Assembly (NCBI GenBank): GCA_022605425.2
Contig: JAKIMF020000004.1
Location: 992,001 to 1,056,000 of the forward strand
Length of the DNA: 64,000 bases
Direction: 5' to 3'
From: Hamiltosporidium tvaerminnensis FI-OER-3-3
Lineage: Eukaryota; Fungi; Microsporidia
The position numbers and the translations under genes are program-made. The notes under the pieces are model-generated. The model saw only the letters and a program-made list of their open reading frames with translations, ran no database searches and had not been told where the DNA came from. This document shows positions 36,897 to 49,943 of the stretch, piece by piece (positions within the stretch are counted from its first letter, which is position 1; the number at the start of each line of letters is the position of its first letter).

Positions 36897-39800
36897 GCAT
36901 TTTTTTCATCAGAAAATATTTATATTTTTAAATGCATTAAACTATACTTTGGCATTTATAAACGATATGGGAAATTTTAAACATTCTTAAGTTTTCAAAT
37001 TCATGAAACATTACAAAAGGTATTAGAAATTATCATATTTGAGTATATAAAGCGAAATATAAACTTATAATTAAATCTTAACCTGAGATTTTGAATAAAA
37101 AGATATTTTTTAGTAAATATTGTGTATTTTTTATAAAGAAATATTTCAAATTAAGTCTTTTGAGTTTAAACAATGCATCAAATATAAATGCATCCTAAGT
37201 AACGGAAGAGTCGATTCGAACCGTTTTTAGATCTTTTCATTCGCGAATACATTGTAATTATCAAAGAAATATGATTTTGGCTAAATCAAGGTAACATCTA
37301 ATGGTTTGATTCTATCTCTATATCTATGTTTTGTGAAAAAAATATAGATTCAAATCTTAAAAACGAATTAGGAGTCACTCAGTTCAATAAATGGTGCAAA
37401 ATGAATATTAGAACGAAAATTAGAAAACTAAAAAAACAATTTTTAAAATTAAGAATAATATTTCTGATTTATCTTTAAGAAAAAAGTTAAGGCGATAACA
37501 CTAACTGGAAAAGTGATTACTTCTTCTCAAGCTTTCTTTAAATTTTTAAAATTTAGAAACTTAAAAATTGAGACTTTTTGGCCAATTATTCGAATTTTAT
37601 TTTAATATATAATTTTGCAATAGTTTCTTATGGCTTAACCAATATTAAATTCCCAAATTTGATACGATTTAGCCTAAAATGGTTCAAATAATAGTACAGC
37701 CGAACCATATATACTGTTGGCTATACTAAAAAAAATCAGTTGAAACAATTCTTTGTCATTAAGAAACAAAATAGAATCTAGATCAGCAAAAATAGTAATT
37801 TTAGTACTAAGTACAATGATATGATAAATGATTAATAGCCGCACTTCAGATAAAGAATTTTTCCCTCTAAAAAGAAAAAAATATTTGAAGCAAATACATT
37901 GTAACTATTGAAGCTTCAATTTGAAAAGAAAAAAAGGAATTCGACCCAATGAAGAAAAATATAAGAAACTTTTCGAATAAATCCGAAGGCCAAAATCTAA
38001 TCTAAAAGTGTTAGAATTAAGCAAACCAAAATGTTGGCTAAAAATAATTTCTTCGATTAAATTTCAGTCAAAAATTGTAAAAAATTTGTGGATTATGTAT
38101 TTGTAATTTAAAAAAAATATTAGGGAATTACTTGTTTGTGCACAATACTTATCGGAAAACTTTCCATATTGTCTAGGATGGCCAGTTTTTGACGATTGTG
38201 GTTTGGTACTTTAAAAATCGATTTATTTATTCTTCTGCTGCATGTCTATAGATACTTCTTTAAATAGATACCAGGTCTTTTTAAAAGTGGCATATATTAT
38301 ACTGTTTTCGTGGCATTAACGCCGAACTGGGGTTTAAATAGATAACTTCTAACCAATACGCCGTCGTTCATGCTAAAATACTTATATCTTAAGTTTTGCA
38401 TCCAAAGGGTTGTAAAACGGATTTGATTGACAAATCTACCAAGATTTGGAGAATATTTGTTTTATGAGATGTGTGACTTTTAAGCCCAATTTGCGCTCCT
38501 CAAATACCAGCCGCTTTTTCACGTACTCCATACTTTCCGATCCAAATATACTTCTGATATAATATATCTCTGCGACTTGTGTAAGGAAGTTTTCACATAG
38601 ACTTGCAATAACCTCCAACAAATTTAAATTTTCGTTTAGGTTTCCTATTGTTTCATTGAGTACACTTTTTTTGTATTTCCAGGTCTATAGATTTCTACCA
38701 TGTCTGAAGAAAGTTAGGTTTAAATTGTTTTGCATATGTATTGTTTTTAAGATCAGCCGTAGTATATAAAACAGTATAAAAACCCTATAGCTAACTAAGT
38801 CTGTAGATAAATTGCCTTTTTTGTTATATTTTGCCAGCTTAAATAAATTTTCATAGAACAACCAAAAATGTGAAGATATTTTATGCTTTTCGAAAATTCA
38901 TGCAATGATTTTTGCTATTTTTATTTGATCATGTCAAGAAGGATAGTTTTTGGTGCGTATTCTTTCCGATTATATATATCCAATGATAAAAAGTTAAATA
39001 TATTGCAAAAAAATCAACATTTGTTATTATTTTTTACAGATTTTATTTTTAATACAAAAAGCCAAAAAAATATAGGTACTTTGAATTTTTGTAATATTCT
39101 TAACTAAAATATTCTAGAATTTCTCAAACAGCAAAAAATATTTTTTTACATTAATTTTTAATTTAGAATGAAACAAAATGAACAAAAAAAACATTTAATC
39201 TTTGTATTTATACAAAGAATTTACCATTAATTATAAATAGGAAATGTTAAAAAATAATAAATATTTCTGAAATGCATATTGTCATTTAATAATGTGCTAC
39301 GTCTTTGAATGAAGGAGTCTTTGCATTAAAGTTCGTTGGCATAGAAGCTTTGAATATAATATCGGGGCAGGTAAAGTTTGAAAAGCTGCAATTTTTATCT
39401 ACAAAATTGGTTTAAAAAATTTCCGTGTTACATTGAGTCAGATGGATTCAAATCCATTTCCTGGTACTGCACGTATATTTTTATTACATATACAATTTTC
39501 GAATGTCTACTCGATTTATTTTCTTTTTAAAAACAGCGGAATAGGTCATTCTATAATTTTTTATATATTATTTATTCTATTTAGTATATCTTCTAGGTAA
39601 AATATCCAAAATTTATACATAACTTAAAATTTATTAGTTTTTCGTTAAATCAAAAAATAATTTTCTTGCTTATGATTGAATTAATTCTCAGCAAAAAAGG
39701 ATTTAAGAATATTTCAAGCAATTCAAAAATGATTTTTTTAATAAATCTGCGGCTTGTTTTGGTTTTTTAAAATTGTTTAATTTAATATACCAAATTCAAA

Positions 39801-40256
39801 AATATGTATACATTAATACCACAATTTCTACTTTTTTATAGATTTTAAAATATAAAAAATATCTGTAGGAATTATTGGGGTAAAAAGCTTGTTACAACTA
39901 CATCATTGATTGTACTGGCCTTTTTTGATATTCATTTCAACCTAAAATGAAAAATAAATGATTCATTCGTTATTTGGATCAATTTTAACAAAAAATATAG
40001 CGATTTTGTTTTCTTTTCGTGTTTATTTCTTTTCGTATTTAATAAATAGAATTCTATAAAAAGCTATAAAATAAAAGTAAACTATTCAAACAAGGACCGA
40101 TGATCCTAGGTATGTTTTCTTTTATTTTTACTAATTTAGAGATTAAATATTATCTTAATTATAATGAAACCGTTCTCCGGTCATATCCAAATTATATACT
40201 GAAAATAATTTGAGTGGTTTTAGCATTCAACTATAAGCTTGTGTATTACTTGGTGA

Positions 40257-40474
40257 GTGGAGAGAGGATAACCACTTAAAAACTATCTGGTTGTCAATGA
40301 GTGTTTGAAATAGATATGAAAAGAATTGCTGAGATTTTTGTGTGATATAAACTACATTGAATCTATAGACCAACCCCTATATCCGAGTAACAACTGATTA
40401 AAAGAAGCAATTGGAAAATTTCTTGTTGTTCACCCTAGACACCGAGAAGTAAAAGAGGAATGGAATAAGTAAGT
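40257..40474 (+). ncRNA. Short (5'-domain-only) variant of the structured repeat family
   Basis: Start GTGGAGAGAGGATAACCACTTAAAAA matches 1165-1190. Aligns along its whole length with 26345-26570 (minus). Confidence 0.6.
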
Positions 40475-40649
40475 ATTTTTCCGTTCCCAATTTGTGTCTT
40501 ATTTCTTTGTTATGAGAAAAAAATAGAAAAGAAAATTGAGACCCAGAAAAAATCTAGTTCTTTGTGTAGATTTGTCGATAACTAAACAAATTTATAACCT
40601 TTAAAAAAACTTTCTAATTTCATAAAAGCTTCTTTTACAGTTTTAATTT

Positions 40650-41300
40650 GCAACTTTTGTATGAATATCTTTGGAAAAATTGTTGGACATCATTTATTCC
40701 TTTCTTAGTATTAAATTGGGCATATTTTGACTGCATTTTCTGAAACAAACTTTCAAAGGTTGTTTTGCTAAATCTCATCGATTTAGTCTTCCCATTCTGC
40801 GATTAAAATTAAAATACTCATGTCCAGAACATTATTTTATTGTTTAATTCGATTTTCAAACCGAAACTTTGATTCTCTATATAGGAGTCTCATATTCCTC
40901 TTAATATTTAAGCGAAACTACATTCGAGACGATTATTTTACAAGCTTTTATAATTTGAATAGCATATTTGTATCATGAAATCAATGTCTTAAAATCTAAT
41001 CCCACTGTTTTATTTGCTAAAAATTTTTTAGATTTGTTTCCTTTGAGTTTAAGCATCTTTATCGCAGCGTTTCTAAGTTTTTTATTTATATCCCTATCTT
41101 TATTTATTACGATGTCTATTAATATTGACTTCAATCTTCCTATGTAAATTTACAAATCATTTATCGTGGTAGCCTAGTATTTATTCAAATATATAGCGAA
41201 TATTACATTGGATTACATATCCGATCCCCGAATCTTTATTTCATTCTCTTTTGTAATATTAAAATTATCGATATCCACATAATTTTTAAGTGCGTAAATA
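40650..41300 (-). mobile_element. Possible gypsy RT/RNase H remnant
   Basis: Minus frame GRLNR*DLAKQP resembles the gypsy RNase H end GRLARWALALQ. Otherwise heavily decayed. Confidence 0.3.
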
Positions 41301-43149
41301 GAAACTTTGTTAAGTTGCGCACTTACACGATTTCGAGCATATTTAATAAAACAAAGTAGCCATGTATAGCGAAAAAATATTTTTCGAATTCAATTAGCAG
41401 CCAATTAAAAAATTTCGAGCCGGTATCAATTTTAAATATAACAAGAGCAAACGAATCGGTTTAATATTTGGAAAGGTTTTAAATACTACAAGATCTATTC
41501 AAATTTGCGTTTATACATGAACATCGCATTAAAATTTTTTAAAAATTTGTTAAAAAATTATTAGAAATTTATAAAGCGTAGCTGGTTTCAGCGACTTTTC
41601 TGTTCCGTCTCGTTATAATTAAAAAAATTTACGGTTTTATGATTTTAATACTGATAAAGTCAAAAGATATAAATTTTTTAAATTAATCGCACATTACTAG
41701 TTCCCTATTACTCTAATAGTCGATTTGGCATTTATTGTTCATATTTTAGCATTTTTGAGTCGATATAATGATTCTATTTGAAAATAGGTCTTACCAATGC
41801 ACGTTATGTCTGTGCCGAATTACCCTTCTCATAAAGATCATAAGCACTGTTTATTTGCTTGAAACATCCTTATCCATTAAAACAAAAATTTTTACCCGTC
41901 TAAAACATAGTTTTTTTCCAAAAAAACATTAACAAAAAGCCAACTGTGGAATACATATATAATGTCGAAAATACTTGATTATATTTTCTTTGGAATTCAT
42001 TTATTTAAGGAAAGATAAACACACTAGAAATCATCTTATTTGAAATGATTGTGTGAAACAGACGTCAAAATTCGATTGAATTTTATGTGAGATGAAATTT
42101 CATTGCATTTTGATTTATCTAAGAATTTATATGAAGAGGAGAATGTCTAAAATATTTTGAAATTTTTTTAGTAAGTTTGTATTTTTTTATTTAGCTATAT
42201 TAAAAATTCGCGAGTGAAATTTTAGGTAGTTGTCATGCCAAAGCATGAAAATGGTTTGCCAGACCCTTGTTAGATGATTTTGTGTCCAAGAGATAAAGTA
42301 AATCCCCTTTGAGAATCCAGTAAGACTAAGTAGTGGATTATATTTCTTAATATGCCATTGCAACGTCTCGGTAAATCCTATGTGAGTCTCCAATATATAT
42401 CCTAGTAATATGTTTATTTGGGGCGAAATATTGAGACTGGAGAGAGATTTTGCGAATATTGGATATTCATTTAGGTTGGATCGTGGAATCACGCTTCAGG
42501 TAATTAGAATCAATTAACACATCTTTACCACCTCGCTCATTAAATAAAATTTGAATACTTTTAGATATTTAGCTTTCTATGTTTAGATCTAGGAATTTCA
42601 AAGAAGGCGCTGGCAGTTGTTATCTATTTAAAATCTATAATCTGTTAACGACAAAAAAGTATAATATATGCTCCCTTTTAAAAGATGTGATATATATTAA
42701 ATGTTACGGGCCAATAAATTCCCGATCTCGAATAGAATCCTCTTTATTTCCTATATACTTTTTATAAAGGATATAACCCTTTAAATTTTTATGCTGCCCT
42801 TTTATTCTCAAACCCTATTGTCCTATTCTTCTCTGGATATTTCTATACATATCTCGATATTTTATTACTACCGTTATTTCATAACCATTTTCTCAAATTT
42901 TTGTTTTTAAAAAAAAACCATGATGTGTTAAACATTGACATACGATTAAATAAATTTTCTTTCGCTTACTTTTTTTACAGTTTACACTCTTTTGTTTCTG
43001 TTAATTTTGTAAACATAAAAAAAACATCCAAAACCTAAAGAGACTGATACTAAACAACATAACACAATATAAAAATATATTCGAAGTTTAAATTCTAGTT
43101 TTTCTTTTCTTTACTGTATAAATAGCTACAAGTGTATAGTACTTACAAT

Positions 43150-44100
43150 TCCAAGATTTTAAGCTGCAGATAAAAAAAGAAAAGGAAGTTATATCAAGCT
43201 ATTATAAAACTGGCACATAAAGAATTGTATAGATCTTAGTATATAATTAGTTATGATGGTTAATATTTATGGATTAACATTATAATTGTCACATATACCA
43301 AAACTTTTCAAAGTAGTACTAATACTAAGAAGATAGCACAATGAGTAAAATTTTTATTGAATTTTTGGTTTTTTTTCAATTTATTGTTTCGGTTGAAATA
43401 AAGGACGATAACACCTAATATTGAGAAAATTTACTCTTTGAAATGCTTTGACTTGTCTAGATATAAGAGTTATACGTGGAAGACTTTACAACCAAAGTAC
43501 AAAGCCAAGTCGAATATGCCAATTAAACCATAAAAAGATGGCCTTTAAAAAAATTGCATGCAAAAAAGGTGAAGAATATAGGCCGAAGTTGACAAAGATG
43601 TTGTTTATTCATAAAACAGAACAACAAATAATGCAAAGAACAAATCTCTATGCCTGTTTTTCTTCGAACAATCAGGTTTTAAAAATTTACCTTTTAGAGC
43701 ATAATAATAAATTGCAAAAGTTGTATAATGATGCCTTCTATTTTAGTAAATTCTAGCACAATTTTTACTGAAGAAAATGCAGTTTAACACAGTAAAGCTT
43801 GGAGATTGTACCCAAATATGCATGTATAAACCGGTAAACACCACAACATCATAATAACCCATAGTTGCAAAATGATAGTAAAATTGCTGTCTATCTCGGT
43901 AAGCTTTTTTTAAATTATTGATATAACCTTATAGGAAGCAATGTAAAATAGCATTTCGAGAGATTTGTATATGGAAGATAATGGCCCCATAAAAAGATTC
44001 GGACATAAACACAGAGACGAAAGGAACATATGTGAACTCCTTACGTAAAAATTATGTTTTTAAAGTTACAACTAGTTTGATGAACAATATGATTGAAGTA
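43150..44100 (+). mobile_element. Degenerate piggyBac transposase remnant
   Basis: Broken frames resemble IFMDNYYN, CGTL, KKGE, YNKYMGG.D..D and KW.KK in piggyBac order. No TIRs resolved. Confidence 0.45.
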
Positions 44101-46056
44101 AAAAACAATGATTGTGACACAAGAACAGTTTCCAGTGGCGTAATAAAACATATTTAATTTAATTAGGTCTACGTTGCAATTATAACTATGCATTTTTTTA
44201 TTAATTGAATGTTAACCCAAATTTTTTTTATATTCTGTAAAAATTTTAACGAATATTTTTTGGAGGGAAATTCAACTTTAAAAGTTATGAGCATTTTTTA
44301 AATCGAGCTCAAAAAAGTATAGAATAAAAATCATTTCCATGATTCCATTATATAGGCTTAAAGTGTAATATATAGAAAACAACGGGGGCGTATAAAATCA
44401 TTAGAAAACAACGGGAATTCTATTGGACATTGGGGTATTTATTAGCTCGTGACAAATAATTTAAATTTTTCTTTAAAAAATACTGTAAGACATACTTTTA
44501 AGGTTTTGAATATTTGTATGAAACTTTAAATATTTAACTGAAAACATTAATAATAAACATTGGGAAAATTCTTTAAAATACTTTGGTATAAAATGTGGTT
44601 CTTCTCCTCCAGTCTTTGTATAAAAGTTAATGTAGACCGCAGGCTAAAAGATTGACGACCCTTGGATTTAAACCATTAAATATAATTTTTTTTATAAAAA
44701 ACAGTCCTGATTGCCTAGAGATATAAGAGAACTGGAATGATTAGATAAGTAATAAAAAATGGTTTAGAATTTATGTGGTTTTGCTCTGTATAATCTTGTT
44801 TAAGTTTTGGTTAAGATGTCTTTTACATCTAGTTATTTTTCTAGCTCCTGAACAAACGTATCTCCTTCAGTCATTTTAAACATTTAGATACGCAATAAAT
44901 AGAAATTTTATTTGCTTAAAATATATTTTTTTCTCTATACAAAAGAAATGCTTGAACAATATGGTCATGTTTTCCCGTTCGTTCTGTAGCATTTACTATG
45001 GTCTTCTCCGGTTTTAATCGGAATTTATTCGTACCTCAAGTCTTCTTAATCGATCGAGACTTATGATATTTCTCATAAATTCGGGGTATCACATCCTCTA
45101 GATCATATCTTATTGGTCATAGACAATATAAATAAGTTTTAACTGAAGTATAATATCTACATCACAGTATTAATCCATTCATTTTACATAATTATAATTT
45201 TATTGTTTGCTAGTTTTAGCTATTGAAAGCAAGTTATATTTCGTAACTCTATTCGAACATGTGTCGTTTAAACAATATTCATACCTCAATTTTAAATATT
45301 GATCTATAATTTTTGACTTTGTCATCATTTTTTATACATTATTCTACACCTATAATAAAATACTGTTTTTCGCAAAAAAATCTAAACAATGAGGTTCTAA
45401 TTCGGTTTCCTAGCACAAATTTATATTTATCAGAAACAAAGGCATATCTACACCAGCAACTTTATTTTGTTTACGGATGTTGAAGAGGTAAAGTTTTTTA
45501 CCATCAATTGATAAACATTCTACGACATTTTAAATTGACTACATTTTCATTACTTTCGTTTTGCACCTCAAAATATATTTTTATCTAGATGTAACCGATA
45601 CTAGCATCACACGTAACCTAATTTTTTCATTTGTAGGGTTTCCAAATAACCAATATCACTAGCATGCCATTTCCTTTCAAAATTAGATTTTTTTTAAATT
45701 TTGATTCAAAAAGCCAATTTGAAAAATATTTTATCTACTAAATCATTTGAGCTAAATTGTATCTGCAATAAAAATATTATTAAAGAGACAATCTCTAATC
45801 TAAAACATTATCAAATTATGCAATAACCGCTTGTTAACACACCTTAATTAATGTATAAATAAAGAATATTGAAATCCGATTAAGGCCTTTATAATTAAAT
45901 GTATTGAATTATTTTTATTTCAGTGTATAAAAAGGCTGTTTTCCTGCAAGTAATTTTATCTGATTTATTCAATCGATACTTCTTCATCTTTTACAAGTTG
46001 CTGCTTCTTTATTAACGATTTTTCTTTTCTAAAAATTACATTTGTACTAAATTATT

Positions 46057-46099
46057 ACTTGCCACTATTTTAAAAAGATGTGATACTTTTAAATAAAGT
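46057..46099 (+). repeat. Isolated 3'-terminal 43 bp of the structured repeat family
   Basis: 42/43 identical to 51761-51803. Confidence 0.85.
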
Positions 46100-46773
46100 A
46101 TTAATTTTATGATGCAGTGAGATCAATAACGTAGTAAGAATTATACCTTTAAATAAGAATTGTTTATATTCAAAGATATTTAATTCATTATAAGATTGTA
46201 TATATCAAATTCTGGATTTGAAATCTGCACGAGTATAACGATAGTAAAGAAATAATAAATACTACTTTTTAAAAATCAAATCTTAAATTTGATAATTACA
46301 GCAATAAATATTTTTGTTAATTTATATTTTTTAATAAATTCATATAGCAATAAATTTATAGTAAACAACAATCTTAAATCCAGAATCGGATGCTTGTTTA
46401 TCTCAAAAATAAAAGAATAAATTTCTAGTTAAATATAATTGTAAGAACATAAGTTTTAATACTGAAATATAAACCAATTTATTGAATATAATTATTATTC
46501 CAATTAAAAATACTTGTACGTAAATTTATAAGCGTTTAAAATTTTAACTTTTTTTCATCAAAATTAGTGCCGCCAATTTTTAACCCAATTGATAGAAATC
46601 ATAAAAAATATTTAAAGAATAAAACAAATTTACAAAAAAAATGATTCTTTGTTTTATTTAATTACCAACGAACAAAAAAATTTATATTTCACCATTTTTT
46701 AAGCATTTTTTTATTTTTCGTTGTTAATAGATCTTATTTCCCCTTTTTCCATATACGGATACTCACCCCTTCA

Positions 46774-47790
46774 ATGGATGATCATAAGCAATTCAGACAA
46801 AAGATATCGTTACACAATACAACACAAGACATTCCAGTTGGTAAAAAACAAGCCAGAATAGAGCTTAGAGCTATGAAGGATGCTTTGCCATTAAATATAT
46901 TACCAGAAACACAATCAAAAGAAAGTGTGAAAATAGAAGCAGATTTGAAGCGAGTGACTGCATATTGTACAGCAGAAAGAATAAATTTAAAAGATTTGTA
47001 TAAAAATATAAATCAAAATGAAATATTTAATAAAGCAACAATGTACTTTGGTGAGTGTTTATATGCTTCTATTCGGTTACCAATTTCACCGAACGAAGAG
47101 CAATCTTTTGATATTTTTTATTATGATTATGGTGTGGTGGTATGTTGGGGTCTGCAACAGAATAATGAAACGGTAGTTCTTAACCATTTAAAAAAATTTG
47201 AAGAAAATAAATATGAAGTTGGAAAAGTAGAAGTCGAATCTTTTAGATACGGAATTGTAAGAGAAAACCCGATGGTTTTAAACGACATCATTTATTTAAA
47301 TACAGAAGATTTCTTTAATAAAATGGTCATTTCAAATGCGATAGCACAGAGTGTCAAATTGGATTATTTTGAAAATTTAGTTGATATGACTGTAGACACA
47401 GTTAAAGATTTGCCAGAAGAGGTTGAAAATGAAGGAAAGGTTGGTAAAACAAGGAAAGATATTTTAAAATTGGTTGGTAAATTACACAGACTGCGGTTTA
47501 ATTTAAATCTTATCACAAATATTTTGGATGAACCAGAAATGTTATGGCACTATCCCGGATATGCTTCATTATATGAAACATTTAAACATTATTTAGAAAT
47601 CAAACCACGTGTTGAAGTATTGAATCAAAGATGTGATGTTATTCAAGGCATTCTTGGTATTTTAAGTGATAATATCAATACAAGAAATGGAGAAAGCTTA
47701 GAAAAAACTATTATAGCTCTGATTATGTTCAGTGTAGTTATTGGAATTATACAGATTTTTATGTTTTGGTATTATAATAGAAATAAATAG
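46774..47790 (+). CDS. RMD1: Rmd1/Sif2 (DUF155, RMND1 family) protein
   Basis: RVTAYCTAE, YDYGVVVCWG, ISNAIAQSVKLDYFE, YLEIKPRVEVLNQRC and a C-terminal TM helix. CCC upstream. Confidence 0.92.
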   Translation: MDDHKQFRQKISLHNTTQDIPVGKKQARIELRAMKDALPLNILPETQSKESVKIEADLKRVTAYCTAERINLKDLYKNINQNEIFNKATMYFGECLYASIRLPISPNEEQSFDIFYYDYGVVVCWGLQQNNETVVLNHLKKFEENKYEVGKVEVESFRYGIVRENPMVLNDIIYLNTEDFFNKMVISNAIAQSVKLDYFENLVDMTVDTVKDLPEEVENEGKVGKTRKDILKLVGKLHRLRFNLNLITNILDEPEMLWHYPGYASLYETFKHYLEIKPRVEVLNQRCDVIQGILGILSDNINTRNGESLEKTIIALIMFSVVIGIIQIFMFWYYNRNK

Positions 47791-48336
47791 TGATTTGTGT
47801 TTTTATATTAATAAATATACTTTATGTCTTTTGATTATTTTTTCTGTATTTTCAATAATAAACGAATTTGGATTTTAAAATTTGATTTTTCAAATAGAAA
47901 TTCTGATTCTTTTATTATTTTCTTAGGACTAAATTAATTAAAAATATTAAATTTAAAGTTTGATTTTATCAAATATAAATTCTGATTCTTTGATTTAAAA
48001 GTGAAACCATTTATCAACTGAAGAGTCTAAAAAATTAAATTAATTTATTCGTTATTTTTTCTTGTATATTAAATAAATTAAAAAAATATAAATTTCAAAT
48101 TCTCTTTGACTTTTATAAAATTATACCCAAATCTGTTCTTTATTTATGAAATCAGAAAGAAATTAGACTTCTATAATTTTATGAAATTTTCTATTGAATA
48201 GGATTGTGTCACATCATAAAAAAATTCAAAATTTTATATTTTTTTAAATTTATCTCCCTCCACTTTTATTTTGAATAAAAAGTTAATATCAAAATAAAGA
48301 ATTAAAAACTCATTTGTGATAATACTGGTTTTATAA

Positions 48337-48497
48337 TTTATTTAATAAAATTCTGGATTAAAATGTTTTACGATTTTTATATATTTTCTTCTACCTCTTT
48401 TACCACTGTTGTTTCTTCTTCCAACTGTGACTCTTCATTTATATTTTTATATATTTTCTTCTACCTCTTTTACCACTGTTGTTTCTTCTTCCAAATC
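48337..48497 (-). mobile_element. Extremely 5'-truncated R4/Dong 3' end with an internal 52-bp direct duplication
   Basis: Matches 11600-11705. Segments 48373-48424 and 48443-48494 are identical. Confidence 0.85.
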
Positions 48498-49320
48498 CCT
48501 GGTGCTATAAAAATATTATTCTATTTTAGCTCAATATTATGGTTCAAGTCTTGGTCTCGTTTTCTTTTTTATATGCCTTTGTTTCAAGCAATATATATTC
48601 AATCACACCCGTAAAAAAGCTTTACAATTTTATTTTCTACTTCAAATTTTTTCAAAATATATAAACTTACTCGGTATGCTGTTAGAGTATCTATACCATT
48701 TCTTAAGAATAATATTCCCGCTATTTCTTTCTTTTGAATATATTCGCCTTCAGATACAACTTAATCCCTTAAACTGACTTACTGATATAATTATATACTT
48801 TTTTAAATTCTTATCAAAATAAACTCTTATTTATTGGTAAAAATATTTTTCTGACACTTGAGTTTAATTTCAAGATGAAACTGGTTATTTTAAAGTACGA
48901 CTATATTTCTACTGAGTATATTTAAATATATCTTGAAATAGAATAATGTACTCCACAAGTTCGTTTGATTTATTAACACGCTATTTATAAAAATTATATT
49001 AAGTCTAACTCACTGAATACACAATAAAAATATTCAAATAAATTTAATTTTGCAAATGATAAAAGAATATTTAATTCTGTTATTTAATTTGAATAAAATA
49101 AAAAAAATATTTTTATAGAAAAGTGGTTAAATTAATTTTAAATTACTTGAAAAATCAAATATATTTTTAACTTACATTTCTTAAAATATATGTATTGAAA
49201 AAGAACTGAGAAATGAAAAAAATGAAGCACAAATTTATTTACTTATGAAATATTTAAATTGAAAAAATATTTGATTTTTAATAGATTTTATTTACTTATG
49301 AAATTATAAAAATTTATAAT

Positions 49321-49575
49321 TTAATCAAAAATTTTATAATAACTCCAATCTTTTCTACACATGGGACATATTTTATTACTTTGTAACCATTTAGAAACAC
49401 AATGCATGTGATAAGCATGTTTGCAGCTTCCTATACAGGGTTTACAATTAACTGGATGTGTACATTCAGAACACATTTGCTCAAAGCTTTGTTGACAAAT
49501 ACCACACATTTCGTCTTCTAAATCCCATTTCCAAGAATATGTGGCATATATTTTTTTTAGAGAAATCTTTACCAT
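49321..49575 (-). CDS. APC11: Anaphase-promoting complex subunit 11 (RING-H2)
   Basis: SWKW...CGICQQSFEQMCSEC...CKHAYHMHCVSKWL...CPMCRKDW. CCC upstream. Confidence 0.88.
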   Translation of the reverse strand: MVKISLKKIYATYSWKWDLEDEMCGICQQSFEQMCSECTHPVNCKPCIGSCKHAYHMHCVSKWLQSNKICPMCRKDWSYYKIFD

Positions 49576-49875
49576 GAAAGGGACAATTCATTTATAATTA
49601 TTTTTATTTTTTTTTATAGAAACCTTTACTATGAAAGAGAATTCAGTTTAAATTATTTTTATTTTTGAAAAATCCTTTAAAGAAAAGGACAATTCACCTA
49701 AAATTATTTTCCATAAAATTTGTAATTTTTTTTGGAATCTTTACCAATAAAGGGACAATTCACTTAAAATTATTTTGGGAAAAATCTTTACCATGAAAGG
49801 GACAATTCACCTAAAATTATTTTCCATAAAATATTGTAATTTTTTTTGAAAATTTTACCATGAAAGAGACTTTAC
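49563..49875. repeat. About six imperfect tandem copies (~50-70 bp) of the APC11 start/promoter unit
   Basis: AATCTTTACCATGAAAGGGACAATTCA.TAAAATTATTTT recurs at ~49563, 49620, 49670, 49736, 49782 and 49851. Confidence 0.85.
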
Positions 49876-49943
49876 TTATTCATATTTCTCATAAAATTTA
49901 TTATTCCTTTTATTTTTTTAAAAAAAATGTAAAAAAACCCTGG

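Noticed and set aside
38200-38700. Decayed coding-like segments (also 39280-39480 and 42190-42540)
   Set aside because: Probably old TE debris, but no diagnostic motif could be supported.
44588-44612. Possible seventh copy of the structured family (minus strand TGGAGGAGAAGAACCACAT)
   Set aside because: Similarity does not extend beyond ~20 nt.
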